Origin: Nostoc punctiforme PCC 73102
Lineage (GTDB): Bacteria; Cyanobacteriota; Cyanobacteriia; Cyanobacteriales; Nostocaceae
Reading direction: 5' to 3'
Assembly: GCF_000020025.1 (NCBI RefSeq)
Contig: NC_010628.1
Span: forward strand, 3,120,001-3,152,000
Length of the DNA: 32,000 bases
The translations under genes and the position numbers were made by a program. Shown here piece by piece: positions 14,719 to 24,393 of the stretch. Numbering within the stretch: position 1 is the first letter of the stretch; the number at the start of each line of letters is the position of its first letter. The notes below the pieces were generated by a model. The model did not search any database. It had not been told where the DNA came from and saw nothing but the letters and a program-made list of their open reading frames with translations.

Positions 14719-15258
14719 CTATCCCCTTGTGTGATACCAGTCATACCACTGCTTGGCACTACGAACTGCAAACCAGAGCAGTATTAAAGCAATTAATCCT
14801 CCTTGCCAGGGAGCATCAAAGGCAAAAAGTACTAAAGCAATGCACAAGGTATCTTGAAGAAAGACTACCCACAAGGGTAAGCCACGTAACCGATAGAACC
14901 AACCAACTTGAACTAGCTGGAGTACTAAAGCTAAGGAACCTCCAATACAGGCAATTAGCCAGTTTGGTGTTGCTGTGGCATTAGCTACTGCTAATCCCAT
15001 AATTGCCCCTACGATGGGAGACATGAATAACTGAACTAGTTGTAGTAATCTTTGCCCCCATAGCTTTTTTGAGGCTAATAATTCAACTAAAGACCAAAAG
15101 GTGAGGCATCCTAACAATATTGGTGGGGAAATGTGAGATAAAATTGGAACTTGTGACCATAAGTTACTACCCTGCAATAGTCCAATAATCAGCAAAGGTA
15201 TGCCTATTCTCATTCCTGCTGCGGCAGAGGCAGAAAGTGTGGCTAGGATTTCAATCAT
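14719..15258 (-). CDS. Polytopic membrane protein, probably DUF4126 family
   Basis: The ORF is hydrophobic throughout. The ATG at 15258 (MIEILATLSASAAAGMRIGIPLLIIGLL..) is preferred over the track's TTG at 15285. The DUF4126 assignment is from memory and tentative. Confidence 0.6.
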   Translation of the reverse strand: MIEILATLSASAAAGMRIGIPLLIIGLLQGSNLWSQVPILSHISPPILLGCLTFWSLVELLASKKLWGQRLLQLVQLFMSPIVGAIMGLAVANATATPNWLIACIGGSLALVLQLVQVGWFYRLRGLPLWVVFLQDTLCIALVLFAFDAPWQGGLIALILLWFAVRSAKQWYDWYHTRG

Positions 15259-15678
15259 TAAAGCACTCGTAGCACTAATAAACAAGTAAGTATTTGTTAT
15301 GTATACTACCCAGCGCTAAGAATAATTACAGCATCAAACAGACAGTCTTCAGCAATACAATACTAAATGTTGTTGATATTTTTGTACTCTTTTTTAACTT
15401 GGGTTCAACGGATTATGTAGTATCCGTCTAATCAGCATAATAAAAAGACCTCTCCTTGGTTTTACTATGCAAACCCTGTTCCTCTCCGATGCAGAGAGGG
15501 AAAGACTTGAACTTAAGTTTAAGGCAGGAATAGGTTTGTCGAATTCACATTTTTATAATAGGACTTAACTACATACGGTAGGGGCAATACCCTGCGGGTA
15601 GACGCTTTGCATCTACATAAATTCCCACTATCTGAAAACGAGGGTTTCGCTTATTGTTTATTTTTTGAGTCAAAAGTT

Positions 15679-15706
15679 TGTAGTAAGCGCTTAAGCGATT
15701 ACTACA
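15679..15706 (-). terminator. 28-bp near-perfect palindrome just downstream of purB (probable terminator hairpin)
   Basis: In TGTAGTAAGCGCTTAAGCGATTACTACA the two halves pair at 13 of 14 positions. It starts 13 nt after the purB TAG (15719-15721). The downstream minus-strand tract AACTTTTG is only weakly U-rich. Confidence 0.5.
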
Positions 15707-15718
15707 AGCCAATTAATC

Positions 15719-17014
15719 CTAAATTCCTAATCGTTGGTAAACTTCTTCTAAATGCTGGAGATGCTGCTGGGGGTCAAAACAGACTTCTAGTTCTGCTGGA
15801 GACAACTTTTGGGTAACGCGAGGGTCTTTGTTAATTAAGTTCTGGAAATTGCCTCCTGGCTTGTTCCAAGCGGCGTGAGCGCTTTCTTGAACGATCGCAT
15901 AAGCTTCTTCGCGGCTGCTTCCCTTGTCTATCAAGGCAAGTAGCACTTTTTGGCTGAACACAACGCCGCCGTAGCAGTTGAGATTTCGTTCCATATTTTC
16001 AGGATAGACCAACAGGTTTTTCACCAAGTCGGTTATTTCTGACAACATAAAATGTGTCAAAGTGCAAGCATCTGGCAAAATCACCCGTTCTACAGAACTG
16101 TGGGAAATATCTCTCTCATGCCAGAGAGCGACGTTTTCCAAAGCTGCACCAGCATGACTTCTCACCAGTCGGGCCATTCCCGTTAGCCGTTCCGAACGGA
16201 TGGGATTACGTTTGTGTGGCATGGCCGAGGAGCCTTTTTGACCTTTGGAGAAGAATTCTTCAACTTCCAGAACGTCTGTTTTTTGCAGATTGCGAATTTC
16301 TACGGCAAAACGTTCGATGGATGCGGCTACCAAAGCTAATTGTTGCACATAGTCGGCGTGGCGATCGCGGGAAATAACTTGTGTTGAGGCCGTATCGGGT
16401 TGGAGTCCGAGTTTCTGGCAAGCGATCGCTTCTACACGGGGTTCAACATTGGCATAAGTTCCCACTGCACCAGAAATCTTACCCACGGCAATGGTTTGGC
16501 GGAGAATTCTCAAGCGTTCTTGGTGTCGCAACACCTCTGCTAACCAGCCAGCTAGCTTGAAACCAAAAGTAATCGGTTCAGCGTGAATCCCATGCGATCG
16601 ACCAGCCATCACTGTATGACGGTGTTCCCGTGCTTTTTCACGAATTACCTGAATCAAATCTTCCAAACGTTGCAATAATAGATCCAGGCTGGCAACCAAT
16701 TGCAGTGCTAAAGCTGTATCCAAAACATCCGAACTGGTTAAACCCAGGTGAATGTAGCGTCCGGCTTCCCCAACATATTCATTGACATTTGTCAAGAAAG
16801 CAATGACATCGTGGCGGACTACAGCCTCAATTTCTAACACCCGCTTGGGGTCAAAATCTGCCTTGGCCTTAATTTCCTCAACCGCCTGAGATGGAATGTA
16901 ACCTAGTTCAGCTTGAGCCTCACAAACAGCAATCTCGACTTGCAGCCAAGTTTTTAGTTTATAGGTTTCACTCCACAGATTAGCCATTTCGGGCAAAGTA
17001 TAACGCTCAATCAC
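15719..17014 (-). CDS. purB: Adenylosuccinate lyase
   Basis: A 431-aa ORF with a GTG start. It carries the fumarate-lyase signature GSSAMPHKRNP and the N-terminus MIERYTLPEM..W typical of PurB. Confidence 0.95.
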   Translation of the reverse strand: MIERYTLPEMANLWSETYKLKTWLQVEIAVCEAQAELGYIPSQAVEEIKAKADFDPKRVLEIEAVVRHDVIAFLTNVNEYVGEAGRYIHLGLTSSDVLDTALALQLVASLDLLLQRLEDLIQVIREKAREHRHTVMAGRSHGIHAEPITFGFKLAGWLAEVLRHQERLRILRQTIAVGKISGAVGTYANVEPRVEAIACQKLGLQPDTASTQVISRDRHADYVQQLALVAASIERFAVEIRNLQKTDVLEVEEFFSKGQKGSSAMPHKRNPIRSERLTGMARLVRSHAGAALENVALWHERDISHSSVERVILPDACTLTHFMLSEITDLVKNLLVYPENMERNLNCYGGVVFSQKVLLALIDKGSSREEAYAIVQESAHAAWNKPGGNFQNLINKDPRVTQKLSPAELEVCFDPQQHLQHLEEVYQRLGI

Positions 17015-17054
17015 AGTTCGGCACAGAATACAACCGTCATATTTTACAGTTTAA

Positions 17055-17606
17055 TTAATGTAGATCAATTTTTAATGCTGCTTTTGGCTCAGGGACGGAA
17101 TTAGTTTTTGAGTCAAACGTGATAATGCTAATCCTACCGTCAGCCTCCATATATGCAAACTTTACATCGGCTAAAAATTCTACACCTTGCTGACGTAACT
17201 TGCTCATCAACTCATCGTCTGTAATTAACTCTCGTTGCAAATGGCGCTGAATCATCCGACCATTTTTTACCAGTAGTAGCGGTGGCTGATTTATAAAACG
17301 TTGGAACTGAGGTATTTTGTAACCTAACCAGTTCAATAAATAACTCCAAAAAATCACAGTTCCTACCAGGATAGCGCCTTCAGTAATTGATGTATAATTA
17401 CTTGCCATCGCATTTTGGGCAGCTTCAGCAAATAGCACAACTACGAGTAAATCAGTAATTCCTAGTGTTCCTAGCTGTCGGCTAGGAAGGAAACGTAACA
17501 CTGAGAATAGCGCTAAGTATACTAGTGAGCCACGGATAATCAACTCAAAGACGCTGATGCTAGGAACAAAGATTGCCTGCCAATCGATAAAAAACCATTT
17601 TTCCAT
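17055..17606 (-). CDS. DUF421 (YetF-like) membrane protein
   Basis: N-terminal TM helices with ..RFLPSRQLGTLGITDLLVVVLFAEAAQNAM.. and a C-terminal soluble domain. ATG 17606 (MEKWFF..) is preferred over GTG 17612. The family call is from memory. Confidence 0.65.
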   Translation of the reverse strand: MEKWFFIDWQAIFVPSISVFELIIRGSLVYLALFSVLRFLPSRQLGTLGITDLLVVVLFAEAAQNAMASNYTSITEGAILVGTVIFWSYLLNWLGYKIPQFQRFINQPPLLLVKNGRMIQRHLQRELITDDELMSKLRQQGVEFLADVKFAYMEADGRISIITFDSKTNSVPEPKAALKIDLH

Positions 17607-17763
17607 TAGCACTGATTTTCTTCCTTTTTCATATAGACTTCTGGAAAAAATCCAGTATCACTTTATTTATCTGCGCTCTGATTTCATAAAAATGATTTTT
17701 ATTAGAGGTTAAAACCTTCAATATTTTTCAGAGTTACAAACATAAAATCTCACTAGTGAGGGA

Positions 17764-18780
17764 TTAAAATCGCGGATTTCTCCTTTTCTGTTTTAAGCGT
17801 TTGGGTTTTTTAAAAGATTGGAATAAGCGATTAATTAAGTTAGAAGATGACTTTTTGTTAGTGGACGATTGCCTTGTTTTAGCCTTGCCATTATATTCAG
17901 TGTTATCAGATAAAGGAATGGCATGTTTTGTTGGGGTTATGCCGCTTCCATACCTTCTAGCATAAACTTGCGTAAATTCAGCGCCGAAGAAAAGAATCTG
18001 TGCCGCATAGTTAACCCAAGCTAAAATCACCACTAGTGAACCAGCAGCACCATAAGCTGAACCAAAACTACCATTACCTAAATACTGTCCTAATAAAAAT
18101 CTCCCAATCGAGAACAAAAAGGAGGTGAGCATAGCTCCAATTAAAACATCACTCCAACCAATTTTGACATCTGGTAGGACTTTAAAAATGAGTCCAAACA
18201 GAAACGTAGTGATGGCAAAAGATAGAAGGAAATTGAGAATTTGCCAAAGGAAATCTACACCGGGTAGCAAGTTGCTAAAATATGTTACTAATGCTGATAA
18301 CGCCGTACTAATTACCAGAGAAACTAACAGTAAAAAGCCAATACCTATGACCATTGCAAAGGACAAAATGCGTAGGCGAATGATGTTAGTTACGCCGCGT
18401 CCGGGTTTCGGTTTGACTTCCCAAATCGTGTTGAGTGAATCTTGCAACTCGGTAAATAAACCAGTAGCACCCAATAGCAGAACTACAACACTAATAATAG
18501 AAGCGATCGCTCCTGTCTGTGGTTTGTTCGCATTCTGAATAGCTGTTTGGATAAATTCTGCTCCATCTGGACCAACTAAACCTTGAATTTGTCCGACAAT
18601 TTGACCCCTTGCCGCCTCTTCTCCAAATACTGCCCCTGCGATCGCAATTACAATAATTAATAACGGTGCAATCGAAAAAATCGTGTAATAAGCTAGCGCC
18701 GCCGCTAATCGTGAGGCTTTATCCTCACTCCATTCTTTGAATGTCTCTTGGAATAACTTCCAAATCGCCTGCAAATTCAT
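17764..18780 (-). CDS. yihY: YihY/BrkB-family inner-membrane protein
   Basis: A 338-aa ORF. The sequence ..W.EDKASRLAAALAYYTIFSIAPLLIIVIAIAG.. and a six-TM layout are classic for YihY/BrkB. It has a basic C-terminal tail. Confidence 0.85.
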   Translation of the reverse strand: MNLQAIWKLFQETFKEWSEDKASRLAAALAYYTIFSIAPLLIIVIAIAGAVFGEEAARGQIVGQIQGLVGPDGAEFIQTAIQNANKPQTGAIASIISVVVLLLGATGLFTELQDSLNTIWEVKPKPGRGVTNIIRLRILSFAMVIGIGFLLLVSLVISTALSALVTYFSNLLPGVDFLWQILNFLLSFAITTFLFGLIFKVLPDVKIGWSDVLIGAMLTSFLFSIGRFLLGQYLGNGSFGSAYGAAGSLVVILAWVNYAAQILFFGAEFTQVYARRYGSGITPTKHAIPLSDNTEYNGKAKTRQSSTNKKSSSNLINRLFQSFKKPKRLKQKRRNPRF

Positions 18781-18902
18781 CCAACCAGTCTCCTTCTAAG
18801 AGGATATCGCTTACTTCCTGATATATTTGATACTTATTCTCTGGGTGGCGACATCCTCCCAAGGGAGTTTGTAAAGCGTTCTTGAGGAGGAATTTAATAG
18901 TT

Positions 18903-20432
18903 TTATTGCATTCTGTCGATTGTGCGATATTGAATTGCTTCCGCCACATGATTAGTTTTTAGCTCATCGTCTCCCGCTAAATCTGCAATAGTTCGTGCTA
19001 CTTTGAGAATGCGATCGCTAGCTCTTGCCGATAAACCTAATTTTCTAATGGCTACTTCTAATAAATTGCGACTAGCGTCATCTAGCTTGCACCATTTCTG
19101 GAGATGACGACTTTGCATCTGAGCATTACAACGCAGATTTGCTTCTTCTTGGAAGCGGGTAATGGCGCGATCGCTTGCTTGTTGCACTCGTTGTAGCACT
19201 GATGTTGATGTTTCTCCGGTAGGTTGTTGGGTAATTTCTTCTGGTTTCAAGCGATTCACTGCAACTTGCAAATCAATCCGATCCATTAACGGCCCAGAAA
19301 GCTTTGCCCAATATTGCTCGCGTTGGCGCGGAGAACAGGTACATTGTTGGATAGTATCGCCATAGTAACCGCAAGGACAGGGATTGGTACTCGCCACCAA
19401 AGTAAACTGTGCGGGAAACATTACCGATAGTCTGGTACGGGAAATTGTAACGTAGCCATCTTCTAAAGGCTGACGGAGAAATTCCAGCACATCACGTTTA
19501 AACTCAGTTAATTCGTCCAAGAACAGCACACCTCTGTGAGATAATGAGATTTCGCCAGGACGAGGAAAGCTACCGCCACCAACCAGAGAAGGTCCGGATG
19601 CTGAGTGGTGGGGACTGCGAAAAGGGCGATCGCGTACCAACGAACCGCGATTTTTCAATAAACCAGCCACCGAATGGATGCGAGTCACTTCCAAAGATTC
19701 GGCAAAACTCAGGGGCGGTAAAATCCCTGGTAAGCGCCGTGCTAACATGGTTTTCCCACTACCAGGCGGCCCGACAAAGATTAAATTGTGTCCACCAGCA
19801 GCAGCAATTTCTAAAGCTCGACGCGCATGAGCTTGTCCTTTCACATCATGCAAATCTGCGCCAGGGTAAGATACTGTTGCTGTGTCTACTGTACTATCCA
19901 TTTGCACAGGTTTGTAACGCCCTGGATTATTTAAAAGATTCACCACATCAGACAGATGTTTGCAGCCGTAAACAACCAAGCCTTGAACCACTGCGGCTTC
20001 TTGGGCATTATCAGCAGGGATAACTAAACCTGCAATTCCCATTTTTTGGGCTGCTGCTGCGATCGGTAAAACACCAGCCACTGGACGCAAGCTGCCATCT
20101 AGAGACATTTCACCTAAGAATAAATAATCCCCCAACAAATCAGCGCTAACTTGCTCAGAAGCCGCCAAAATTCCCACGCTAATGGGCAAATCGAAACAGG
20201 GGCCTTCTTTGCGTAAATCTGCCGGAGTTAAATTGATCACAATTTTCCGCATAGGAAAGGCGAAACCTGCATTTTTCAGCGTTGCTTTAACTCTTTCTCT
20301 CGATTCTTGAATCGCTGAATCTGGCAGTCCCAAGACAACAATTCCCGGTAATCCCCCTGAGACATCGACTTCTACCCCTACTTTGACGGCATCGATGCCC
20401 ACAATTGATGCACTCCAGACTCTGGCAAGCAT
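18903..20432 (-). CDS. comM: YifB/ComM-family Mg-chelatase-like AAA+ ATPase
   Basis: A 509-aa ORF with an N-terminal Lon-like domain, then Walker A (GPPGSGKTMLA), ..LFLDELTEF.. and a C4 cluster (NPCPCGYYGD..CTCS). Confidence 0.92.
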   Translation of the reverse strand: MLARVWSASIVGIDAVKVGVEVDVSGGLPGIVVLGLPDSAIQESRERVKATLKNAGFAFPMRKIVINLTPADLRKEGPCFDLPISVGILAASEQVSADLLGDYLFLGEMSLDGSLRPVAGVLPIAAAAQKMGIAGLVIPADNAQEAAVVQGLVVYGCKHLSDVVNLLNNPGRYKPVQMDSTVDTATVSYPGADLHDVKGQAHARRALEIAAAGGHNLIFVGPPGSGKTMLARRLPGILPPLSFAESLEVTRIHSVAGLLKNRGSLVRDRPFRSPHHSASGPSLVGGGSFPRPGEISLSHRGVLFLDELTEFKRDVLEFLRQPLEDGYVTISRTRLSVMFPAQFTLVASTNPCPCGYYGDTIQQCTCSPRQREQYWAKLSGPLMDRIDLQVAVNRLKPEEITQQPTGETSTSVLQRVQQASDRAITRFQEEANLRCNAQMQSRHLQKWCKLDDASRNLLEVAIRKLGLSARASDRILKVARTIADLAGDDELKTNHVAEAIQYRTIDRMQ

Positions 20433-21001
20433 TTCTTATATAACAGTAAACCTTTCAAATCTCTAGCAGATGCGTGGGTTAATTGGCATTAGTGAAACTA
20501 CATAGACTATTTTACCGATCCAGTATAGTTATACCATTTCTTTTTCGACTGCACTATTTTAGCCTTGACACGCTACTACGGTAATCTTATTTTTACACTT
20601 TATAAATAACCTTTAATACCCTAGTTACTAAGTGTAAATATTATAACTAATTATCCAAATTTTATCTCATGAATTAATAATTATGAATTAGATAGAAGCA
20701 ATTGCTTTTTTATCCAGATCGCTATGTATGTATAAATCATTGCTAGCAGAATTAAAGCTGTAATAAGAATCTATTACTATTTGTATAAAAATATAATCGA
20801 TTGATGTGATAAAAGCATGTTCTCCATATTCTACCTTGTGCTTTTTTACCATACATATTATTTTCAATTCTCCAATAAATCTGTTTTTCATATCTATTGA
20901 CATGGGATACCTTAGTCATTACTATGTCAATCAATCCGGATTTCATTAACTTCTTGAGAAAATCTCTGTAAATAAATCCAACACTATCCTTACAGCACTA
21001 C

Positions 21002-22024
21002 ATGAAACTACGCTGTTTATTACTCAGCCTTACAAGTATTTTTTTATTTTCGTCTCCAGTAAAAGCGAATCCCAACACCAACCAAGTTGGCAACGTAAAT
21101 GACTGGAGTGCAAATCAATCTGATTTACAATTACCAAAACTTAAATTTATTTCTCCGGTTCCTCTGGGCGATCCTGCCAACCCAATAAATGGTTCTAAAT
21201 TTACTGGTGTAGTTCCTCTAGGACGCGAGATATCAGAACTAAAAACTCCTATTAAAGCGTTAATGGCTCGCTATAGATTCCTCACTCCCGGAATCTTTTT
21301 TATGGACTTAAAAACAGGTGATTATTTTAGTTTTAATGGTGATAAAGCATTTTCTGCTGCTAGCACAATTAAGTATCCGATTTTGATTGCATTGTTTCAA
21401 GAAATAGATGCAGGGAAAATCAAACTTGGTGAAGCTTTGGTCATGCGACGGAAACATGTCACTGGCGGTTCTGGAGATTTGCAGTATCAACGAGTGGGAA
21501 CTAAGCTGAGTCTCTTGCAAACTGCAACCAAGATGATGACTATTAGCGATAACACTGCTACAAATATGATTATTGATCGTTTAGGTGGTGTATCTAAATT
21601 AAATCAAAAGTTCCGCCGTTGGGGATTGCAAAGCACTGTGATTCACAATATGTTAGGAGACTTTAAAGGAACTAATAAAACTAGTGCCAAAGATTTGGTA
21701 AGACTGTCAGCTTTGGTTACAAAGAATCAGTTAATTTCTGATAGAAGCCAATCCCAAGTTTTAGGTATTATGATTCGTTGTCATAATAGAGCATTGCTTC
21801 CATCTGGCTTAGGTTCTGGTGCAAATATTGCTCATAAAACAGGTACTCTGCGATTTGTACTGGGTGATGCAGGTATTATTGAAACGCCAACAGGTAAACG
21901 TTATTTAGCAGGAATTTTCGTGCGTAGACCAAATAATGACATTAGAGCTAGGGATTTTATTCGTCAAGTTTCGCGGGTGATGTATGGCTACTTCGAACAG
22001 CCAAAAGTCAGTAATCTACCTTAA
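21002..22024 (+). CDS. Secreted serine hydrolase with a class A beta-lactamase-like fold
   Basis: It has a signal peptide (MKLRCLLLSLTSIFLFSSPVKA) and the motifs S-x-x-K (STIK), SDN (ISDNTA) and KTG (HKTGT) in the canonical order. Confidence 0.8.
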   Translation: MKLRCLLLSLTSIFLFSSPVKANPNTNQVGNVNDWSANQSDLQLPKLKFISPVPLGDPANPINGSKFTGVVPLGREISELKTPIKALMARYRFLTPGIFFMDLKTGDYFSFNGDKAFSAASTIKYPILIALFQEIDAGKIKLGEALVMRRKHVTGGSGDLQYQRVGTKLSLLQTATKMMTISDNTATNMIIDRLGGVSKLNQKFRRWGLQSTVIHNMLGDFKGTNKTSAKDLVRLSALVTKNQLISDRSQSQVLGIMIRCHNRALLPSGLGSGANIAHKTGTLRFVLGDAGIIETPTGKRYLAGIFVRRPNNDIRARDFIRQVSRVMYGYFEQPKVSNLP

Positions 22025-22337
22025 TTATCTATTCTGAATTCTAAATTTTTTCTTTAGTTTCAGACTTACACGGAGGAGATCCCCCAACCCCATTAAAAGG
22101 GGAATTTTTAACTAAGTATTTTTTATTTCAATAAGGCTAGAGGGGAGTGTAAGAAACAGGCTTCACGTTTTTAGGGTGTAAATTCTATAGTTATTAAACC
22201 GTTTGCACAAACATCAATTCTGAAAGCTGGCAATATTCAAAAATACGATAGCGAATAGCCCGTCTTAGACATCGCTTTTCTAACTGCCAAGGTATTATGT
22301 AGTCGAATACCATGCAGCATAGAGCTTGAGGTTTTGC

Positions 22338-23342
22338 ATGAAAGTAGCAGTCTTCAGTACAAAAGTCTACGATCGACAGTTTTTGTCAACTGTAAATTCT
22401 CCCACACAACACGAATTAGTGTTTTTTGAACCTCGTTTAAATCGGGATACTGCTATCCTCGCCGCCGGATTTCCGGCGGTTTGTGTATTTGTACACGATC
22501 AGGTTGATGCCCCAACTTTAAAACTTCTTGCCTCACGGGGTACTCGGCTGGTTGTCCTTCGGTGTGCTGGGTTTAACAATGTAGACTTACAAGCCGCAGC
22601 AGATTTGGGAATTACTGTTGTGCGTGTTCCCGCTTACTCACCTTATGGAGTAGCAGAACATGCCGTAGGATTGATTTTAAGTCTGAATCGCAAAATTCAT
22701 CGGGCTTATAACCGTGTCCGAGAAGGCAATTTTTCCCTAGATGGACTGTTGGGATTTAATTTACATGAGCGCACAGTGGGGATTGTCGGCACTGGCAAAA
22801 TCGGTTTGATTTTAGGACAGATTATGAAGGGGTTTGGCTGTAACCTACTCGCCTATGATGTTTATCGCAATCCAGAATTGGAGGCGTTAGGTGGAAAGTA
22901 TGTAGAACTACCTGAGCTATTTGCCAACTCTGATATTATTTCCCTACATTGCCCTCTGACTCCTGAAACGCATCACTTGATTAACGCTGAGGCTATAGAA
23001 CAGATTAAGCCAGGCGTAATGCTAATTAATACTAGCCGGGGAGCGCTGATTGATACCCAAGCAGTGATTGAGGGATTGAAGTCTGGTAAGATTGGCTATC
23101 TCGGTGTGGATGTCTACGAACAAGAATCGGAATTGTTTTTTGAGGATTTATCTGGCGAAATTATTCAAGATGATATTTTTCAACGTCTGACAACGTTTCC
23201 CAATGTACTAATTACCGGACATCAAGCCTTTTTTACAGCAGAAGCTCTCCACAATATTGCAGAAACAACTTTTGCTAATATTGCTGATGTTGAAAATGGT
23301 CGTCCTTGCGCCAATGAAATTCGCGCTCAACCGTCTGCTTAG
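22338..23342 (+). CDS. ldhA: D-lactate / D-2-hydroxyacid dehydrogenase
   Basis: [16 protein letters not shown].. is collinear with my recollection of E. coli LdhA (MKLAVYSTKQYDKKYL..). It has ..[11 protein letters not shown].., ..[13 protein letters not shown].. and the NAD motif [12 protein letters not shown] 22338 is preferred over the track's TTG 22326. Confidence 0.88.
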   Translation: MKVAVFSTKVYDRQFLSTVNSPTQHELVFFEPRLNRDTAILAAGFPAVCVFVHDQVDAPTLKLLASRGTRLVVLRCAGFNNVDLQAAADLGITVVRVPAYSPYGVAEHAVGLILSLNRKIHRAYNRVREGNFSLDGLLGFNLHERTVGIVGTGKIGLILGQIMKGFGCNLLAYDVYRNPELEALGGKYVELPELFANSDIISLHCPLTPETHHLINAEAIEQIKPGVMLINTSRGALIDTQAVIEGLKSGKIGYLGVDVYEQESELFFEDLSGEIIQDDIFQRLTTFPNVLITGHQAFFTAEALHNIAETTFANIADVENGRPCANEIRAQPSA

Positions 23343-23372
23343 GTAAGGATTGGCGATCGCTAATTTGTATAT

Positions 23373-24116
23373 TCATTCTGAACGATAGGCAACGCGGAGA
23401 CTTTGGGCTAAAATTACCAGAGATGCGATCGCCATCAACCCGCCCCAAAACCAGTAAGGTAAAAGCAAATATCGCTGCATTTGCGCTGTATCAGAAATTC
23501 CAAGGGGCCCAGCAGAACTACTAAATAGATAATCGAGTTGATGGTACGTACTCACACAAGCTTGTACACCCAGAAATTGGATGGCAAACCCCTGTGCCCA
23601 GCGAGGTGCTTTCAGGGCGATACCCAAGATTATTAAACCCAACAAGGGAATTGCCACCAATCCAAACCAGGAACGTATCCAAATTAATGTGGAAAGTAGC
23701 AAAAAACTTCCTAATATTTTTAAACTTAGGGAAGCTGCTTTAAAACTGCGGGAAGCCAGAATCAAAGCTGCGCCCGCAAGAGGCGGCCCCATTGGGCCGG
23801 CGGCGGCGGCCATTGCCGGGCCAATTGGCCCGAATGACGACCGGATGCCATAAGTTGCAACACCGGAACCATTGCTAAAAATCTGTAATTTTTGAAACTG
23901 TCCCCCTAATAGGAGTGCCATTAAGCCGTGACCCATTTCATGAAACCAGGTTGCCAGAATTGTAAATGGGTATAAAATATAATCACCTCCCGGTACTTGC
24001 CACAGTAAAGCAGTTGCGATCGCTGCTGCAATTAGCCAGGTTAGCCCCATACGCTCAACAACTGGCGGAGCTTCTTGGGTGAGCAAGGGTTCAAAATTTT
24101 TACTTGGTTCCCTCAT
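23373..24116 (-). CDS. M50-family (site-2-protease-like) membrane metallopeptidase
   Basis: A 247-aa polytopic ORF with HExxH in a TM helix (WFHEMGHGLMALLLGG). Confidence 0.75.
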   Translation of the reverse strand: MREPSKNFEPLLTQEAPPVVERMGLTWLIAAAIATALLWQVPGGDYILYPFTILATWFHEMGHGLMALLLGGQFQKLQIFSNGSGVATYGIRSSFGPIGPAMAAAAGPMGPPLAGAALILASRSFKAASLSLKILGSFLLLSTLIWIRSWFGLVAIPLLGLIILGIALKAPRWAQGFAIQFLGVQACVSTYHQLDYLFSSSAGPLGISDTAQMQRYLLLPYWFWGGLMAIASLVILAQSLRVAYRSE

Positions 24117-24136
24117 AGGTCACTCTATTTTGGATT

Positions 24137-24316
24137 TTAGATTTTCTGGAAAATTAAAAATTTAAAATTGGCAGTGTATTTTATCCATCCTAGTGTAATT
24201 ATTGAGGTAGTGGAGTTGCTGGACAATGCAACAATTCGCACATCGAAGCGACGGCTATAAACTATGGCGCTATTAAAAACAACATAGTTATCCGTCGCTC
24301 GTCTAATGCGGTGCAT
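24137..24316 (-). CDS. Candidate small ORF (59 aa), unrecognised; could instead be a structured RNA region
   Basis: The ATG at 24316 is preceded by GGAGGA (24329-24324) with a 7-nt spacer. The translation is MHRIRRATDNYVVFNSAIVYSRRFDVRIVALSSNSTTSIITLGWIKYTANFKFLIFQKI. I recognise no homology, and a long hairpin lies inside it (24247-24299). Confidence 0.3.
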   Translation of the reverse strand: MHRIRRATDNYVVFNSAIVYSRRFDVRIVALSSNSTTSIITLGWIKYTANFKFLIFQKI

Positions 24317-24393
24317 TTGTTTCTCCTCCAAAAAAGATGCCGGAGGATGGGCAGAAAATGCTTAGACTGATGTCACAATTGATGGAAAATCAG

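Noticed and set aside
18725-18949. A 74-aa minus-strand ORF bridging the comM 3' end and the yihY 5' end.
   Set aside because: It overlaps both neighbouring CDSs, has no RBS and has no recognisable domain.
20688-20946. ORFs of 71 and 64 aa in the AT-rich comM upstream spacer as real genes or toxin candidates.
   Set aside because: The two overlap each other in different frames, are Ile/Asn/Lys/Tyr-rich as expected from AT-rich DNA, and have no RBS or recognisable domain.
21002-22024. The class A beta-lactamase-like protein as an antibiotic-resistance determinant.
   Set aside because: Only the generic SxxK/SDN/KTG serine-hydrolase motifs are visible. Such proteins are common chromosomal cell-wall enzymes in cyanobacteria, and there is no mobile-element context.
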